Assembly (NCBI RefSeq): GCF_004010195.1
Contig: NC_057719.1
Span: 63,112,478-63,176,477, forward strand
Direction: 5' to 3'
Source of the DNA: Chiloscyllium plagiosum
Lineage: Eukaryota
Length of the DNA stretch: 64,000 bases
Made by a program: the position numbers and the translations under genes. The notes under the pieces were generated by a model. That model was not told the origin of the DNA, made no database searches, and saw only the letters and a list, made by a program, of their open reading frames with translations. Below are positions 1 to 12,790 of the stretch, piece after piece. Every line of letters starts with the position of its first letter. Position 1 is the stretch's first letter.

Positions 1-247
1 GGTTCCCCCTACCTGCCTCACTTACAGTCACACTCTTTTGTGCCTGATCACTAGCTGAATGTGAATTACTTAATCTCCCAGGTGTGACTGCCTCCTGAAA
101 CAAAGCATCCAGGTAACTCTCCCCCTCCCGGATGTGCCGCAGTGTTTGAAGCTCAGATTCCAGATCATCAACTCTGATCCAATACTTACTGCAGATGTGG
201 TCACTGCAATTCACAATGGGATCAGCCAGCTCCCACATCATACAGCT
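1..247 (-). mobile_element. CR1 LINE ORF1 N-terminal (zinc finger/leucine zipper) fragment
   Basis: The minus strand reads CMMWEL...DHICSK...IRVDDLESELQTLRHIREGESYLDALFQEAVTP, typical of the vertebrate CR1 ORF1 N-terminus. Confidence 0.75.
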
Positions 248-339
248 TAAGAGGAGTTTAAATGAATGTTTAACCATGTCTCCTCTTCATCAGTGATGCT
301 GGACCTATTAACTAATCCAAGTGCTTTTCAAATCCAATT

Positions 340-615
340 ATTGTTGCAGTATTAGGAACACAATGGCCAATTTGCAGACAACAAACTGCCACAAACACCA
401 TTAAAATGAAGATTAGATAATCTATTTTGTTGATGTTGGTTGAGGGAACTAGAGATACTTCCCTTGCCTTTTTTTCAGATAATGCCATGGGATCTTTAAC
501 ATATAGGTCTCTGTTTATCTTAATCTAACAGGTGGTAGCTCCAACAATATAACAGTCCTTCAACGCTGCACTGGAGTGTCAGCCTGGATTGTGTTCTGCA
601 TTGAGACTTGAACTC
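340..615 (-). mobile_element. DeuSINE (SacSINE1/AmnSINE-like) decayed copy
   Basis: Contains gccatgggatcttt...ctgcactggagtgtcagcctggatt, the reverse complement of the Deu domain, plus tgatgttggttgaggga. Confidence 0.7.
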
Positions 616-1773
616 ATAGAACCTAGAACATTACAGCGCAATACAGGCTCTTCGGCCCTCTATGTTGCGCCACCCTGTGAAACCAATCTGATGCCCATCT
701 AACCTACACTACTCCGTTCTCGTCCATATGCCTATCCAATGACCATTTACATTTCTGTAAAGTTGGTGAGTCTACAATTGTTGCAGGCAGTGCGTTCCAC
801 ATCCTTACTACTCTCTGAGTAAAGAAGCTACCTCTGACATCTGTCCTATATCTATCACCCCTCAATTTGAAGCTATGTCCCCTCATGCTAGGCATCACCA
901 TTCAAGCAAAAAGCACTCGCTGTCCCCCCGGTCTAACCCTCTAGTTATCTTAGATGTCTCAATTAAGTCACCTCTCAACCTTCTTCTCTGTTACGAAAAC
1001 AGCCTCAAGTCCCTCAACCTTTCCTTGTAAGACTTTCTGTCCATACCAGGCAACGTCCTAGTAAATCTCCTCTGAACACTTTCCAAAGCTTCCACATTCT
1101 TCATATAATGCGGGGACCAAAACTGCATGCAATACTCTAAGTGCAGCCGCACCAGAGTTTTGTACAGCTGCAGCATGATGTTGTGGTTCTGAAACTCGAT
1201 CCCTCCACTAATAAAAACTAACACACCGTATGCCTACTTAACAACCCTATCAACCTGGGGGAAACTTTGACGGATCTATGTACCTAGACACCAAGATCTC
1301 TCAGGTCATCTACACTACCAAGATTCTTACCATGTCCCAAGTACTCTGCATTTCTGTTGCTCCTTCCAAAGTGAGTCATCTCACACTTTTCCACATTAAA
1401 CTCCATTTGCCACTGCTCAGGCCAGTTCTGCAGCTTATCCATGTCCCTCTGTAATCTACAACATCCTTTGGCACTATCCACAACTGCACCGACCTTAGTG
1501 TCGTCCGGACTTTACTTACTCATCCTTCTACGCCCTCATTCAGGTCGTTTATAAAAATGACAAATAGCAGTGGACCCAAACAGATCCTTGTGGTACATCA
1601 CTAGTAACTGAATTCCAGGATGAACATTTCCCACTAATCACCACCCTCTGTCTTCTTTCAGCTAGCGAATTTCTGATCCAAACTGCTAAATCGCCTTCAG
1701 TCCCATGCCTCCGTATTTTGTGCAGTAGCCTACCATGGGGAACCTTATCAAATGTCTTACTGAAATCCATATA

Positions 1774-2601
1774 CAGAGGAACCTTGATTATCCGAACGAA
1801 ATGGGCGGGCACTATTTCGTTCGGATAATTGATTATTCGGTTAATCAATTCAATGCCTCCCCTCTGGTGCTCAGAATTTTCTGTGAAGTCTGCTCCCTGT
1901 TTAGGACACTAGGCAGCAGCACACCACGTGCGAGCCCTGCCCCCACCAGCCCCCACCCCTGTCCAACACCTGCCCCCCCAACACCACCCAAGCCCCAAAA
2001 CTGCCTTCCGCCCATCCCCCAACACCGGCCAGCACCGCAACCCGACCCCCTGTCCGCGCCCACACACTGTCTGACCCCTGTCCGCGCCCCACCCATGGCC
2101 GCACCGCCTACCGTGCTCCCCCACCCCCTGTGCCCCCCTGCTCCTGTCAGCACCCCTCCCCCTCCTGGAGTGGATACCAACAATAAGACTGTTGCTGCCT
2201 TTATGGGGTAAGTCTCCAAATAGCACACAGATACACACAACATTTTACTGCAACCTTTTGACAAGTTCCACCTTTGCCCTGTACAGGAAAATGTTAGAGG
2301 GATTATCTGGGGAAGGGAGGTTTAGGGTTCACCCCTATGTAGAACTCCAGGGAAAGTGTCGAGAGAGAGGGAGAGGACGGGAGGTCAGTCATGTGGAGAC
2401 AGTGCCTGGGCTCCCATCAATGTCCAAGACTGTTGTCAGCAGCATTTCAGTGAGTCGAGATCGTTTTTAATCATGGTAAACAAAAGACCCAATCAGGATT
2501 GAAACAGCTCTTTGAAGTATTGTTTCCATCAGGACTTCCAGATGTCCTTCGGATAATCTGATATTCAGATGATTGATATTCGGATAATCGAGGTTCCCCT
2601 G
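1774..2601. mobile_element. Non-autonomous Tc1/mariner (Tigger/pogo-like) MITE nested in CR1
   Basis: 23-bp TIRs CAGAGGAACCTTGATTATCCGAA / CAGGGGAACCTCGATTATCCGAA (2 mismatches). TA duplicated at 1772-1773 and 2602-2603. Removing it restores the CR1 motif AVDVMYMDF. Confidence 0.92.
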
Positions 2602-2950
2602 TACATCACATCAACTGCTTTACCTCATCCACCCGTTTGGTCACCTTCTCCAAGAACACAATAAGGTTTGTGAGGCACGACCTACCATGTTGACTAACCC
2701 TAATCAACTTATTCCTATCAGGATGATTATAAGTCCTAGCTCCTATAATCTTTTCCAACACTTTACCTGCAACTGAAGTAAGACTCACTGGTGTATAATA
2801 ACCAGGGTTGTCTCTACTCCCCTTCTTGAACAAGGGAACAACATCTGCTATCCTCCAGTCTTCTGACACAATTCCTATTGACAATGACGACATAAAGATC
2901 AAAGCCAAAGGCTTCCCTGGCTTCCCAGAGAATCCTAGGATAAATCCCAT

Positions 2951-3279
2951 CCAGTCCAGGGGATTTATCTATTTTTACACTTTCCAGAATCTCTAACACC
3001 TCCTCCTTGTGAACCTCAATCCCATCTAGTCTCGTAGCCTGTTTCTCCGTATTCTCCTCAACAACTTTGTCTTTTTCCAGTGTGAATACCGACATAAAAT
3101 ATTCATTTAGAGCTCCAGTCCAGGGGATTTATCTATTTTTACACTTTCCAGAATATCTAACACCTCCTTCTTGTGAACCTCAATCCCCATCTAGTCTTGT
3201 AGCCTGTTTCTCCGTATTCTCCTCAACAACATTGTCTTTTTCCAGTGTGAATACCGACATAAAATATTCATTTAGAGCT
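2951..3279. repeat. ~164-bp tandem duplication inside CR1 ORF2
   Basis: 2951-3114 and 3115-3279 both run ccagtccagggg...attcatttagagct with a few substitutions. Confidence 0.95.
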
Positions 3280-5689
3280 TGCCCTATCTTCACTGACTCC
3301 ACACACAACTTCCCACTACAGTTCTTGATTGGCCCTAATCTGACTCTAGTCATTTTTTAATCCCTTATATACCTATAGAAAGCTTTAGGGATTTCCCTGA
3401 TCCTATCGGCCAACAACTTCTCATACCCCCTCATTGCCCGTCTTAGTTCTCTTTTTAGGTCTTTTCTGGCGATCTTGTAACTCTCAATCGCCCTAAGTGA
3501 GCCTTCAGACCTCATCCTGTCATAAGTCTCCTTCTTCCCCTTGACAAGAGATTCAACTTCGTTAGCAAACATGGCTCCTGCGCTCAACAACTTCCTCCCT
3601 GTCTGACAGGTACATACTTATCAAGGACACACAGTAGCTGTTCCTTGAATAAGCTATACATTTCTATTGTGCCCATTCCCTTCAGTTTCCTCCCCCATCC
3701 TATGCATCTTAAATCGCGTCCAATCGCATCATAACTGCCTTTCCTCCAGCTGTAGCTCTTGCCCTCCGGTGTATACCTATCCCTTTCCATCGCTAAAGTA
3801 AACGTAACTGAGTTGTGGTCACTATCACCAAAGTGCTCACCTACCTCCAAACCGAACACTTGGCTGGGTTCATTACCCAGTACCAAATCTAATGTGGCCT
3901 CGCCCCTTGTTGGTCTATCTACATACTGTGTCAGGAAACCCTCCTGCACACATTGGACAAAAACTGATCCATTTAAAGTACTTGAACTATAATATTCCCA
4001 GTCATTATTGGGGAAGTTGAAGACCCCCATAAAACTATCCTGTCACTCTCGCTCCTATCAAGAATCATCTTTGAATAGTTCCAAAGATTCAGTGGAAAGA
4101 ATAGCAGAGACCTATAGAAAACTCCCATCAGGGTGACCTCTCCTTTCCTGTTTCTAATCCCAGCCCATACTATCTCAGTTGACGACTCCTCGAACATCCT
4201 TTTTGCAGCTGTAATACTGTCCTTGACCAACAATGCCACGCTGCCACCTCTTTCTGTTCTTAATGAAACATTTAAATCCCGGAACCTGCAACTATCATTC
4301 CTGTCTGACTCTTTCTCCTCTATTGACTCCTTTAGATTTTTTTTTCATTATATTCGACCAAATTGCTCTATCCATGTCTCTGAAATGGCCACAACATCAA
4401 AATCCCAGGCACTGACCTATGCTGCTAATTCACCCACCTTTTTCCGGATGCTCTTGGCATTGAAATATACACACTTCAAACCAACTTTTTGCTTGCCGGT
4501 GCCCTCTTGTGACCCTGAAACCTTATTTCGGACCTTCCTACTCTCAACCTCCTCTGTACCCGAACCACAATCCCCTTGCTGAATTAGTTTAAACCCACTC
4601 GAAGAGCATTAGCAAATTTCCGCCCTGCCTCAGAATTGTGAAATCCAAGTCGTTCACATGCTGAAGGTACTTACTTCTTTTTGTGAGGTGATGAAAGCAT
4701 ATTTCATTTTCAGTGGCAGAAAGCACAATTCGATCGAGCCAGTTTCTGTTTCTCTCCAGAGATGAAGACGGTGTTTCTAGTAAGTGGCATCATTCACTGT
4801 TGCTGCACTGTTGCTGACAGAGGAAATCTAATTTACAGCTCTTTCCCACTGAAAATCTTGAAAGTTGGCCCATATCATTTTGTAATATTTCAGCTCTGGT
4901 CGCAAGACAGGCACAACTAAACTGTCTGTTTATTTGTACAGTTGGTGAAGTATGATGGCTTAGTGCAGGCGACAATGAATAAAACAAGGGCAAAGCAGTG
5001 TTCTTTCTGGGAGTAATGAAAGATTGGAAAGAATTTTTCTGCAACATTTTGACTCTCTTGGACTACTGCCATTTACCTAACAGCAAGCATTATGTGGCTT
5101 ACCTCCTTAATTATGTCTTTCTGTCTCCAAGCTCCAGTCCACCTGTGACAATATGACTGAGGTCCTGGCATTGTACAGTTAAGTGACAAACAAGGCTGAC
5201 ATGCTGTTTTTCCCTACTTCTTGAAAACTCTTCACAACTATCCATTGTGCCATGTGTGCATATCCAGGGTGATCCATCCAGCTGAAGTAATGTTGGAAAG
5301 TTGAGAGAAAATGTTCGAAACACTGGCAAGGAAATACAGCTGGGGAAGCCCATTAGCAAGAGGGAAAGTAAAGTAAAATGATAAAACCTCCATGCCCTTT
5401 AAAAATGGAGGCAGCAGAACTGCCCCGGTGCAGACAAAACTGGTATATGATTTTTCAGTTTTGCAAGTTGCATGAAAATGACACATCTTCAATTTAATGA
5501 TATGTTTTGTTATGTAACATCTCCATAGCTGCTCTAGACAATGGCTTTGACTGTTTCTCCATTGTGCACAGTGCTTTGTCTCAGAACATGGTTAGATTAT
5601 GTAAGAACATTATAAAAGTCAGTAATGATGAGTGGTGTCCCTGCAGAACAATTGGAAATACTAAAATGAGAGCTCCCACCATTCACAGC

Positions 5690-5940
5690 TACAGACAGAG
5701 ATGAAGAGAAATTTCATAACACAGAGAGTAATGAGCCTGTGGAACTGTCAGCCACAGAAAGGCTATAACATTAAATGTTTTTCAAGAAAGAGTTAGATAT
5801 AGTTCTGAGGGCTAAAGGAATTAAAGGATTCAGGGAGAAAGTGGGAATAGGGTACTGAGTTGGCTGATCAGCCTCAATCATATTGAATGGTGCTGCAGGC
5901 TCAAAGGGCCGAATGGCTTACTCCTCTTATTTTCTAAGTT
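5690..5940 (+). mobile_element. CR1 3' end fragment
   Basis: Remnant of the ORF2 C-terminus (gagaaatttc...ctgtggaac) followed by the tail aagggccgaatggcttactcct. Confidence 0.75.
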
Positions 5941-6144
5941 CAGAAAGATCAATTTCCCATCTATCAAGAGGGTCTAAAGGATCTCGAAATAGGATTTAAT
6001 CCAATAGGTCCTGAGCTAATGTCAGAACGCTTTTATTCAAATACAACTCATGCCTGAAGATCGAGAACGCTCCACACTGTCGATCTTAAAGCTGTTGGTC
6101 TACTTGAGGGGTCAACCTCCAACTTGTTTATTAATCTTGCTGCA

Positions 6145-6612
6145 TGTCGCTAGGGTTGGAGGATTTGAGCTACAGGGAGAGGCTGAACAGGCTGGGGCTG
6201 TTTTTCCCTGGAGCTTCGGAGGCTGTGAGGGGTGACCTTATAGAGATTTACAAAATTATGAGGGGCATGGATAAGGTAAATAGACAAAGTCTTTTCCCTG
6301 GGGTCGGGGAGTGCAGAACTCGAGGGCATAGGTTTAGGGTGAGAGGGGAAAGATATAAAAGAGACCTAAGGGGCAACTTTTTCATACAGGGGGTGGTACG
6401 TGTATGGAATGAGCTGGCAGAGGAAGTGGTGGAGGCTGGTATAATTGCAACATTTAAGAGGCATTTGGATGGGTATATGAATAGGAAGGGTTTGGAGGGA
6501 TATGGGCTGGGTGCTGGCAGGTAGGAAGAGATTGGTTTGAGATATCTGGTTGGCATGGACGGGTTGGACTGAAGGGTCTGTTTCCATGCTGTACATCTCT
6601 ATGACTCTATGG
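6145..6612 (+). mobile_element. HER1-type CR1 LINE 3' fragment
   Basis: ORF LSYRERLNRLGL...RGDLIEIYKIMRG...VVRVWNEL, ending in gtctgtttccatgctgtacatctctatgactctatg. Confidence 0.92.
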
Positions 6613-9600
6613 TCTGACAGGAAAAAGTTCTGCCTGAACCCATTTTGATGTTTGATTGACCTCTGCTGCATTTGAAAAGAACTCTCGATTACATTTCATG
6701 AGGTAGGTGGTTTCTTTCCTCCTACTTCAATGTAAGATTTATCTGAAGCACATCGGTCCAAATGATGCAGTCAGCCTTAGAACGGCTTCATCTGGCACTG
6801 ATTAGTTATAAAACAGCGCACTTCCTTGGTTAGGATTCTGCCCGGGAACGGCAGCATTGCTGTGAGGGTAATCAGATGAACAGAGGCAATTAGGTTGAGA
6901 GCGAGTAGTTAGATGGTCAGGATGGACAGTTAGGCAGAGAGGAAGTTAGTTGGGTTGGGTTGAGAAGGTTGTCAGATGGTCAGGGCGATATGCAGCTCGG
7001 GGATTGTTAGCTAGTGAGGAGGGTGGGTGGGGGCTGTGTCATCAGTCTGCAATGGGATATCAAGGTCAGGCCAGGGAAGATATCAGGTCATAGGTAGAGT
7101 TGGAAAATATTCAAGTTGTTTGGGAGGTGGGCAGATTAGACAGGTTGGGTTTGCTAGGGTAGGGTTGGTGGTGTTTGTCAGGTCAGGTCACAAGGATAGC
7201 CCAGTGGTTGGGCAAAGTCAGGTTGGGTCAGAGGGTACTTGAGGCATTAGAAAGATGGTTAGGAGATCAGGGGATTGATCAGTTGCCCAAATATTTGACT
7301 TGGTGTTTACTCTGTCTAATGCTTCCTGGATAAATGCCCAGTTAAGTAACATGGAACTGCCCAATATCTCCACCTCTAGCTCAGAGTTGGATGTTGGGTA
7401 GGGGATTCCCAGAGGAATTGCTAATCAGAGGTTGAACCTTCTGGACAATGCACAGATACAGGCCTAATTCTGGCAAATCGGTTTAGATTAATTTAGAGTA
7501 TTTGGTGGGGATAGGCAAGTTGGACTGAAGGTTCTATTTCCGTACTGTACATCTCAATGACTTCCATAGGAGTCTGATGTGCACCTTCAATCATACTTTC
7601 AGTCTCTGATTACTGCCAGAAAAAAAATATTCTCCATTGTCTTAAACGTTGCTTGGGAAGTAATGCTTAGTTGAATGCTGCTTGCTTTTAACAACATGTA
7701 AATCATCTAGTCACTTGTGAAGTGTAAGTGGTATTCAGTCCATTGTAAATCTCCAGATAAACGTTGAACAGTTTACCCTCTGCAATGTCAATATATCACA
7801 AGGTCGTTCAAAATGGTCCAAAGGTGAGAAAGTATGTGTGTGTGTGTGTTGCAGCTCTCTCTTAATCTGCAAGTGATTCAATTTAACATTAACCAGGAGC
7901 AAAGATTTAATTTTAAACAAGTAGGTAAAGGTTAATTTATTAAAAAACACTGCTGTAAGTTACTTAAATAAAAGTAATGAAGTTGCAAAGTAAGTGCATG
8001 CATGAATTAAATGCTGATAAGGATACAAGACACTTACAAAGGTTAAATTCAACTCAGTCCTTTAAGAGTGTTCTGCAAGCCCATAGCTTGCAGTTGAATA
8101 GTTGTCACTGTCAGAAATGAAAAGTTGGCATTGAAGTGCTCTGTTCAGCAGCTACAATGGCTTCTGTAGCTGAATAATCAGGGCTTGCCTTTGGAGGTGG
8201 ACAGAGTAGGTACAGTTGCTTTAGGGAGCAAGTGAAGATCCCTTTTCACAACTGGTTCTGCAAGAGCAGCATTTTAAAACTGCCTGGATTTCTTTTCAGC
8301 TCTGACTTTTCACACCTGGAGAAGATTTAATTGGGTTAGTGAAGATTTATTTGCTCATAGTTGGCTCATACAGTCTCTTGTGATTCTCCTTGAGCTAAGT
8401 CCAGTCTAGTTCCACGAGCTGGCTGATTACAGTTGAATTCACTCATTACTTCAAGTGATGTTTGGGAGACATGTCTGGACAGCCTTTTTTTGGCCATTTG
8501 AATGGCTGTTCCAATTTGCCACAAAATTTAAAATATTACAACTTCACGTTATGACACATAACTTGCCCTCAATCTTCACCTCAGTTTTGTTTTGCTCAAT
8601 CTGGACATAAATTGTCAATTAAATGCAGTGCATATATCTAAGGTTACTTCATAACAGCAGAAGGCAAATTCATGTTCTTGAAATTTCCATTCAAGGCCAC
8701 TAGCCCAGAAAGCAAATGGTTGGACCCGTGAACTTTCATTTCTAGAAGTGGCAAATTGTTCTTAATTTACTTTTCAATTCTGTCTTTTCTTCACAATTAA
8801 GACAAGCTTTCTTTCACTCTCTTGCTGTGCCTAATTTTACTCTATTTTCTTTCACTGCATTCCTCAGTTTATTTTTGATCATTAATGGTTGAGGAGTTAC
8901 ATTGTTGCTGATATTTTCTGATGTCTCAGATGCCCTGTTATCCTTAGTATCTAGTTATCAGCTTACACTTTAAGCAACTTAGATGTCAAAAATGTGTCAA
9001 GGTGAAGGATAAGGGCAATTCTTCATGCATGAGGTGTTGCTGCAAGATACCTTGCAGTTGTAAAACCTGTATCATTAAAAATTCACACTTACAAGCTCGT
9101 CAATTGAGCTTTTCTGCAGCACTGAAATTTCACCTTATTCTACACCAGTCTATATGAATAGTTGTTATGACGCTTCATGTTGCAGAGCAAAATCACTCAA
9201 GCATAAGAACAAATGTGTAAATCCTGTCACTCATTTCTCTTTTACGAATGTAAAGTAATTTTACATTACAGGCTTTAGAACGAGATTTTTTGGAATAGAG
9301 TTAAAAGTGGCTCAAGTCACAGGAGGTCAGGTGGTTTTTCAAAGTTGCACATGAAATGCCAGATAAAGTTTCCTTTCTGCATTAAAGTAAATTCGTGAAC
9401 TGTATTGCATGGTAACTAGTTTTGATGGACAAATGACACTTCTGATAAACCCGACTTTCACTGCTCGAGATCAGCAACAATTTAAGCACACACAATATGT
9501 AAAGCTTGACTTGCACGAACTTTGTAGTTTTCCTTTGAACCTAAACTCAAATTTATTCAATTTCTGGTGTTCAAAGAATTTTAGACTTTTGATTATTTGC

Positions 9601-10033
9601 CTACTATGATAATGGAGCAAGGTAGGGGTGAAAGCAATCACCTGGTAAGCCTTCACATCTTCACAGTATTATACACAAGTCGGAATTATCTTTTCCTGTG
9701 ATGATAACTGGACTTCACTTCAAATTAAAGTTTTCTGAGTACCTCACAGGCTCCTCTGTCCATATAACTAACCTGACTGTGGCATTTGGGGAAGGATTTT
9801 TCATTCTGACCATTTCCCAAATGTCAAGTTTCTCTCCCAAGAATAATCACCTAACATGATTTTCCAAGGACCAACCAACTAGTGACCACTTAGAGAGCCT
9901 GCCAATTCTTTTTATGTTACTGTGGGGACCAATAGAAACCTCTGTAACACTTAAACAATGGAAGTCAGCTGTTGCATGTAAGGGGACTGAACTGGGGTGG
10001 GAAAGGGTTTGATAGGCTCTATTAGCTATAGCC

Positions 10034-10235
10034 GAAAATGTGTTGCTGGAAAAGCGCAGCAGGTCAGACAGCATCCAAGGAGCAGGAGAATTGACGTTTC
10101 GGGCATGAGCCCTTCTTCAAGAATCATGCCCGAAACGTCGATTCTCCTGCTCCTTGGATGCTGCCTGACCTGCTGCGCTTTTCCAGCAACACATTTTCGG
10201 CTCTGATCTCCAGCATCTGCAGTCCTCACTTTCTC
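10034..10235. mobile_element. PLE terminal-repeat insertion with inverted arms
   Basis: Near-perfect palindrome ending in ctcactttctc. 17-bp direct repeat ctctattagctatagcc at 10017-10033 and 10236-10252. Confidence 0.9.
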
Positions 10236-12074
10236 CTCTATTAGCTATAGCCCACTTTCAGGAGTGTAACCATTTTGAATTTGAACTGTCCTGCTCAAAA
10301 ATAGCTGATGTTGGGAAATTCCAGGTCCACTCACTTTCCTATCCATTTCATCCTGTGGCCAAAATCATGCCCTTGGAATACAATAACTGTGAAGGATAGG
10401 CGTTCTCTTTTCCTTTGGGAAACTTAAAGTTTATTGGTCTCAAGCAAGAAGCAAGTTGATTCAGGCAAAAGAAAACCAGGAAACTGAATCCTCGCTGCTT
10501 GGAACTTCTAAATATCATTCGAAGCACTGACAATATGTGTTGAGTGAGCTGAAGTTCATATACAGATCATAAAAGCAAGTAAGACTGAATATCAGTGTAA
10601 AGCAAACACTCTGCCGTCGAAGATTCACAACAATCAAAGAAGTTCAATTATTGATCTGTGCTAAAGTTCAGCCAAGAACCTACAATGTGTCCCATATCTT
10701 TTGATTGACACTGAATTGGCTCTTCCCCATCATTTTATTGGTCAGTGCTTCTAGATTGTAATAGTTATTTGCTGCCATATTTGAGGAGGAATTGACAGTA
10801 ATGCAATGTGGTGCTATATCAGCGATGGTAATATGGCAGAGCAGACTAGATGGGCTGAATGGCTGAATTCTGCTCCTATAACGTATGATCTAATATGTTT
10901 TAGTTATGTGCCGCTCATTATTGAATAGCAGGCAGAATATACAAGCTACACAGCATTCGCAAATGTACCCTCACTTGTAACTGGATGTTTTGACAATTTT
11001 GACACTTGTTGACAAAATGGTACTTCTTAACACATTGATAGGTCTTGACAAATCAGACAGTTTCAAGGTGTTTACATATAATCCTCTCCCTAGTTCACAG
11101 TACCAAAGAGCACCACAAAGGATGTCTGATCTCCATCCCCAAGATGACCTGGACCATATCCTCATGGTCACCTCAAGGGGTAACCTGACTATCCAAGCTA
11201 TCCAAAAGAAATATATTCACAATAGATCTACTCTAATAATCAGCCAACAGGGATTTCAAAGTCCCACTTAGATGGCCAGCTGCCTCCAGGAGCTGTGCAT
11301 TTGGGAAATATGGCCTACCATCAATCCTACCCCACGAAGATTAGAAAAGCTATGTTCTTGACTGAACTCGTGTTCTCAACAGCTTCTAGCATTTTCACCA
11401 CTTTGAAGACACTCTCCATCACGGAAAAAATAAAAGCCTTAATGCTGCAATTTATGTTTTAGATTAAGAAGAATAGAACCCAGGCAATTTGTCTAATTGT
11501 AATACTGCAGACTACCTGAAGTCTACCTGAATGTTTATCATGTCCTGAGTACAAGGAAAATAACATGAAGCACCTGCAGAAATGCTTCAAAATGTGATTT
11601 AATGGAAATCTGTCAGTGAATAAGATCTTTTAGGAGTGAGTTCATTTAGTTTCAGTTCTCAGTACAGAAGCTACTTTGTCGATGAAAAGCCAAGAAGGAA
11701 TAAGCCTTGTGCAGATTGGTGAGACCAGATTTTGTTGTCCTGTTGTGCAGGCAAATAAATAATCTCCTAGAGGTGAAAATGATTCCATGTGGGGAACATG
11801 GAATGAAGACCAAAATTATTGCTTTGACTAATCATGAATTCAGGCTCTATTTGTCTGAACAAATTATTGGAACCAACTTTTAGATATCATTTCCAGCTAA
11901 CCCCTCCATTTACTTCTATTCCACATATCTTCAAATATGATTAGCCCTGTTGTCTGGTAATGAGAGGAAATGTTCAGTTTACTCATTCAGCCCATCAGCA
12001 ATATATGTGTTTTGGTGAAATCAGGCTTTATGTCCATGTAGATAAAACCATTGCCAGAGCTAAAGCAATGATAA

Positions 12075-12602
12075 CAAAGAACAAAGAAAATTTACAGCCC
12101 AGGAACAGGCCCTTCAACCCTCCAAGCCTGAGCCGATCCAAATGTACTGTCGAAACCTGTCGGTCAATTCCTAAGCATCTGTATCCCTCTGCTCCTCACC
12201 TACTCATGCATTTATCCAGATGCATCTTAAATGAATCTACCGTACCTGCCTCTACTACCTCTACTGACAACGCGTTCCAAATGCCCGCCACCCTCTGTGT
12301 AAAGTACTTGCCGCGTGTATCCCCCTAAAACTTTCCCCCTCTCACCTTGAAAGCGTGACCTCTTGTTATTGAATCCTTCAACCTGGGAAAAAGCTTGTCT
12401 CGATCCACCCTGTCTATACCCTTCATGATTTTGTAAACCTCAATCAGGTCCCCCCTCAATCTCCTATTTTCTAATGAAAATAAACCTAACCTACTCAACC
12501 TCTCTTCATAGCTAGTACCTTCCATACCAGGCAACATCCTTGTAAAACTTCTCTGCACCCTCTCCAAAGTGTCCACATCCTTTTGGTAATGTGACGACCA
12601 GA
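12075..12602 (-). mobile_element. CR1 3' fragment
   Basis: Minus ORF YQKDVDTLERVQRSFTRMLPG...RLRGDLIEVYKIMKG. Confidence 0.9.
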
Positions 12603-12689
12603 TCAAGTGAAGCATTCCAAAATTGAATATGTTTTATGTGCAAAATCACATTGGCAAAGCATTAACTGCAACAACAAAGCTTTCCTTGT

Positions 12690-12790
12690 AAAAACTGAAA
12701 GAACTATGGATGCTATAAATCAGAAACTGAAACCAAAATTGCTGGACATGCTCAGCAGGTCTGGCAGCATCTATGGAGAGAAACCAGAAT
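12690..12790 (-). mobile_element. Old PLE terminal-repeat fragment
   Basis: ttgctggacatgctcagcaggtctggcagcatctatggagag is related to the other copies. Confidence 0.6.

Larger units (their letters stand above)
617..4625 (-). mobile_element. 5'-truncated CR1 LINE (end of ORF1, decayed APE-RT ORF2, 3' tail)
   Basis: Minus-strand ORF pieces: APE (PTRGEATLDLVLGNEP...SDHNSV), RT (KSPGLDGIYPRIL; YTPVSLTSVAGKVLEKII; YMDFSKTFDKVPHGRL), C-terminus (LYKTLVRLHLEYCMQFWSP; FFTQRVVRMWNALP). Many frameshifts. Confidence 0.95.

Noticed and set aside
1735..2264. Pro-rich and Gly-rich ORFs on both strands
   Set aside because: They come from the C-rich interior of the MITE. Low complexity, no gene structure.
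6880..7290. G/T-rich stretch with ggtcag-like units
   Set aside because: Low-complexity sequence with no regular period or defined ends.
10034..10235. Long hairpins as miRNA precursors, terminators or DNA-transposon MITEs
   Set aside because: The arms are asymmetric, the TSDs are long and variable, and the family is linked to a PLE GIY-YIG ORF. A retroelement origin explains them better.
11290..11800. Possible Gypsy RT remnant
   Set aside because: Too decayed to support by eye. It needs a BLASTX or HMM search.
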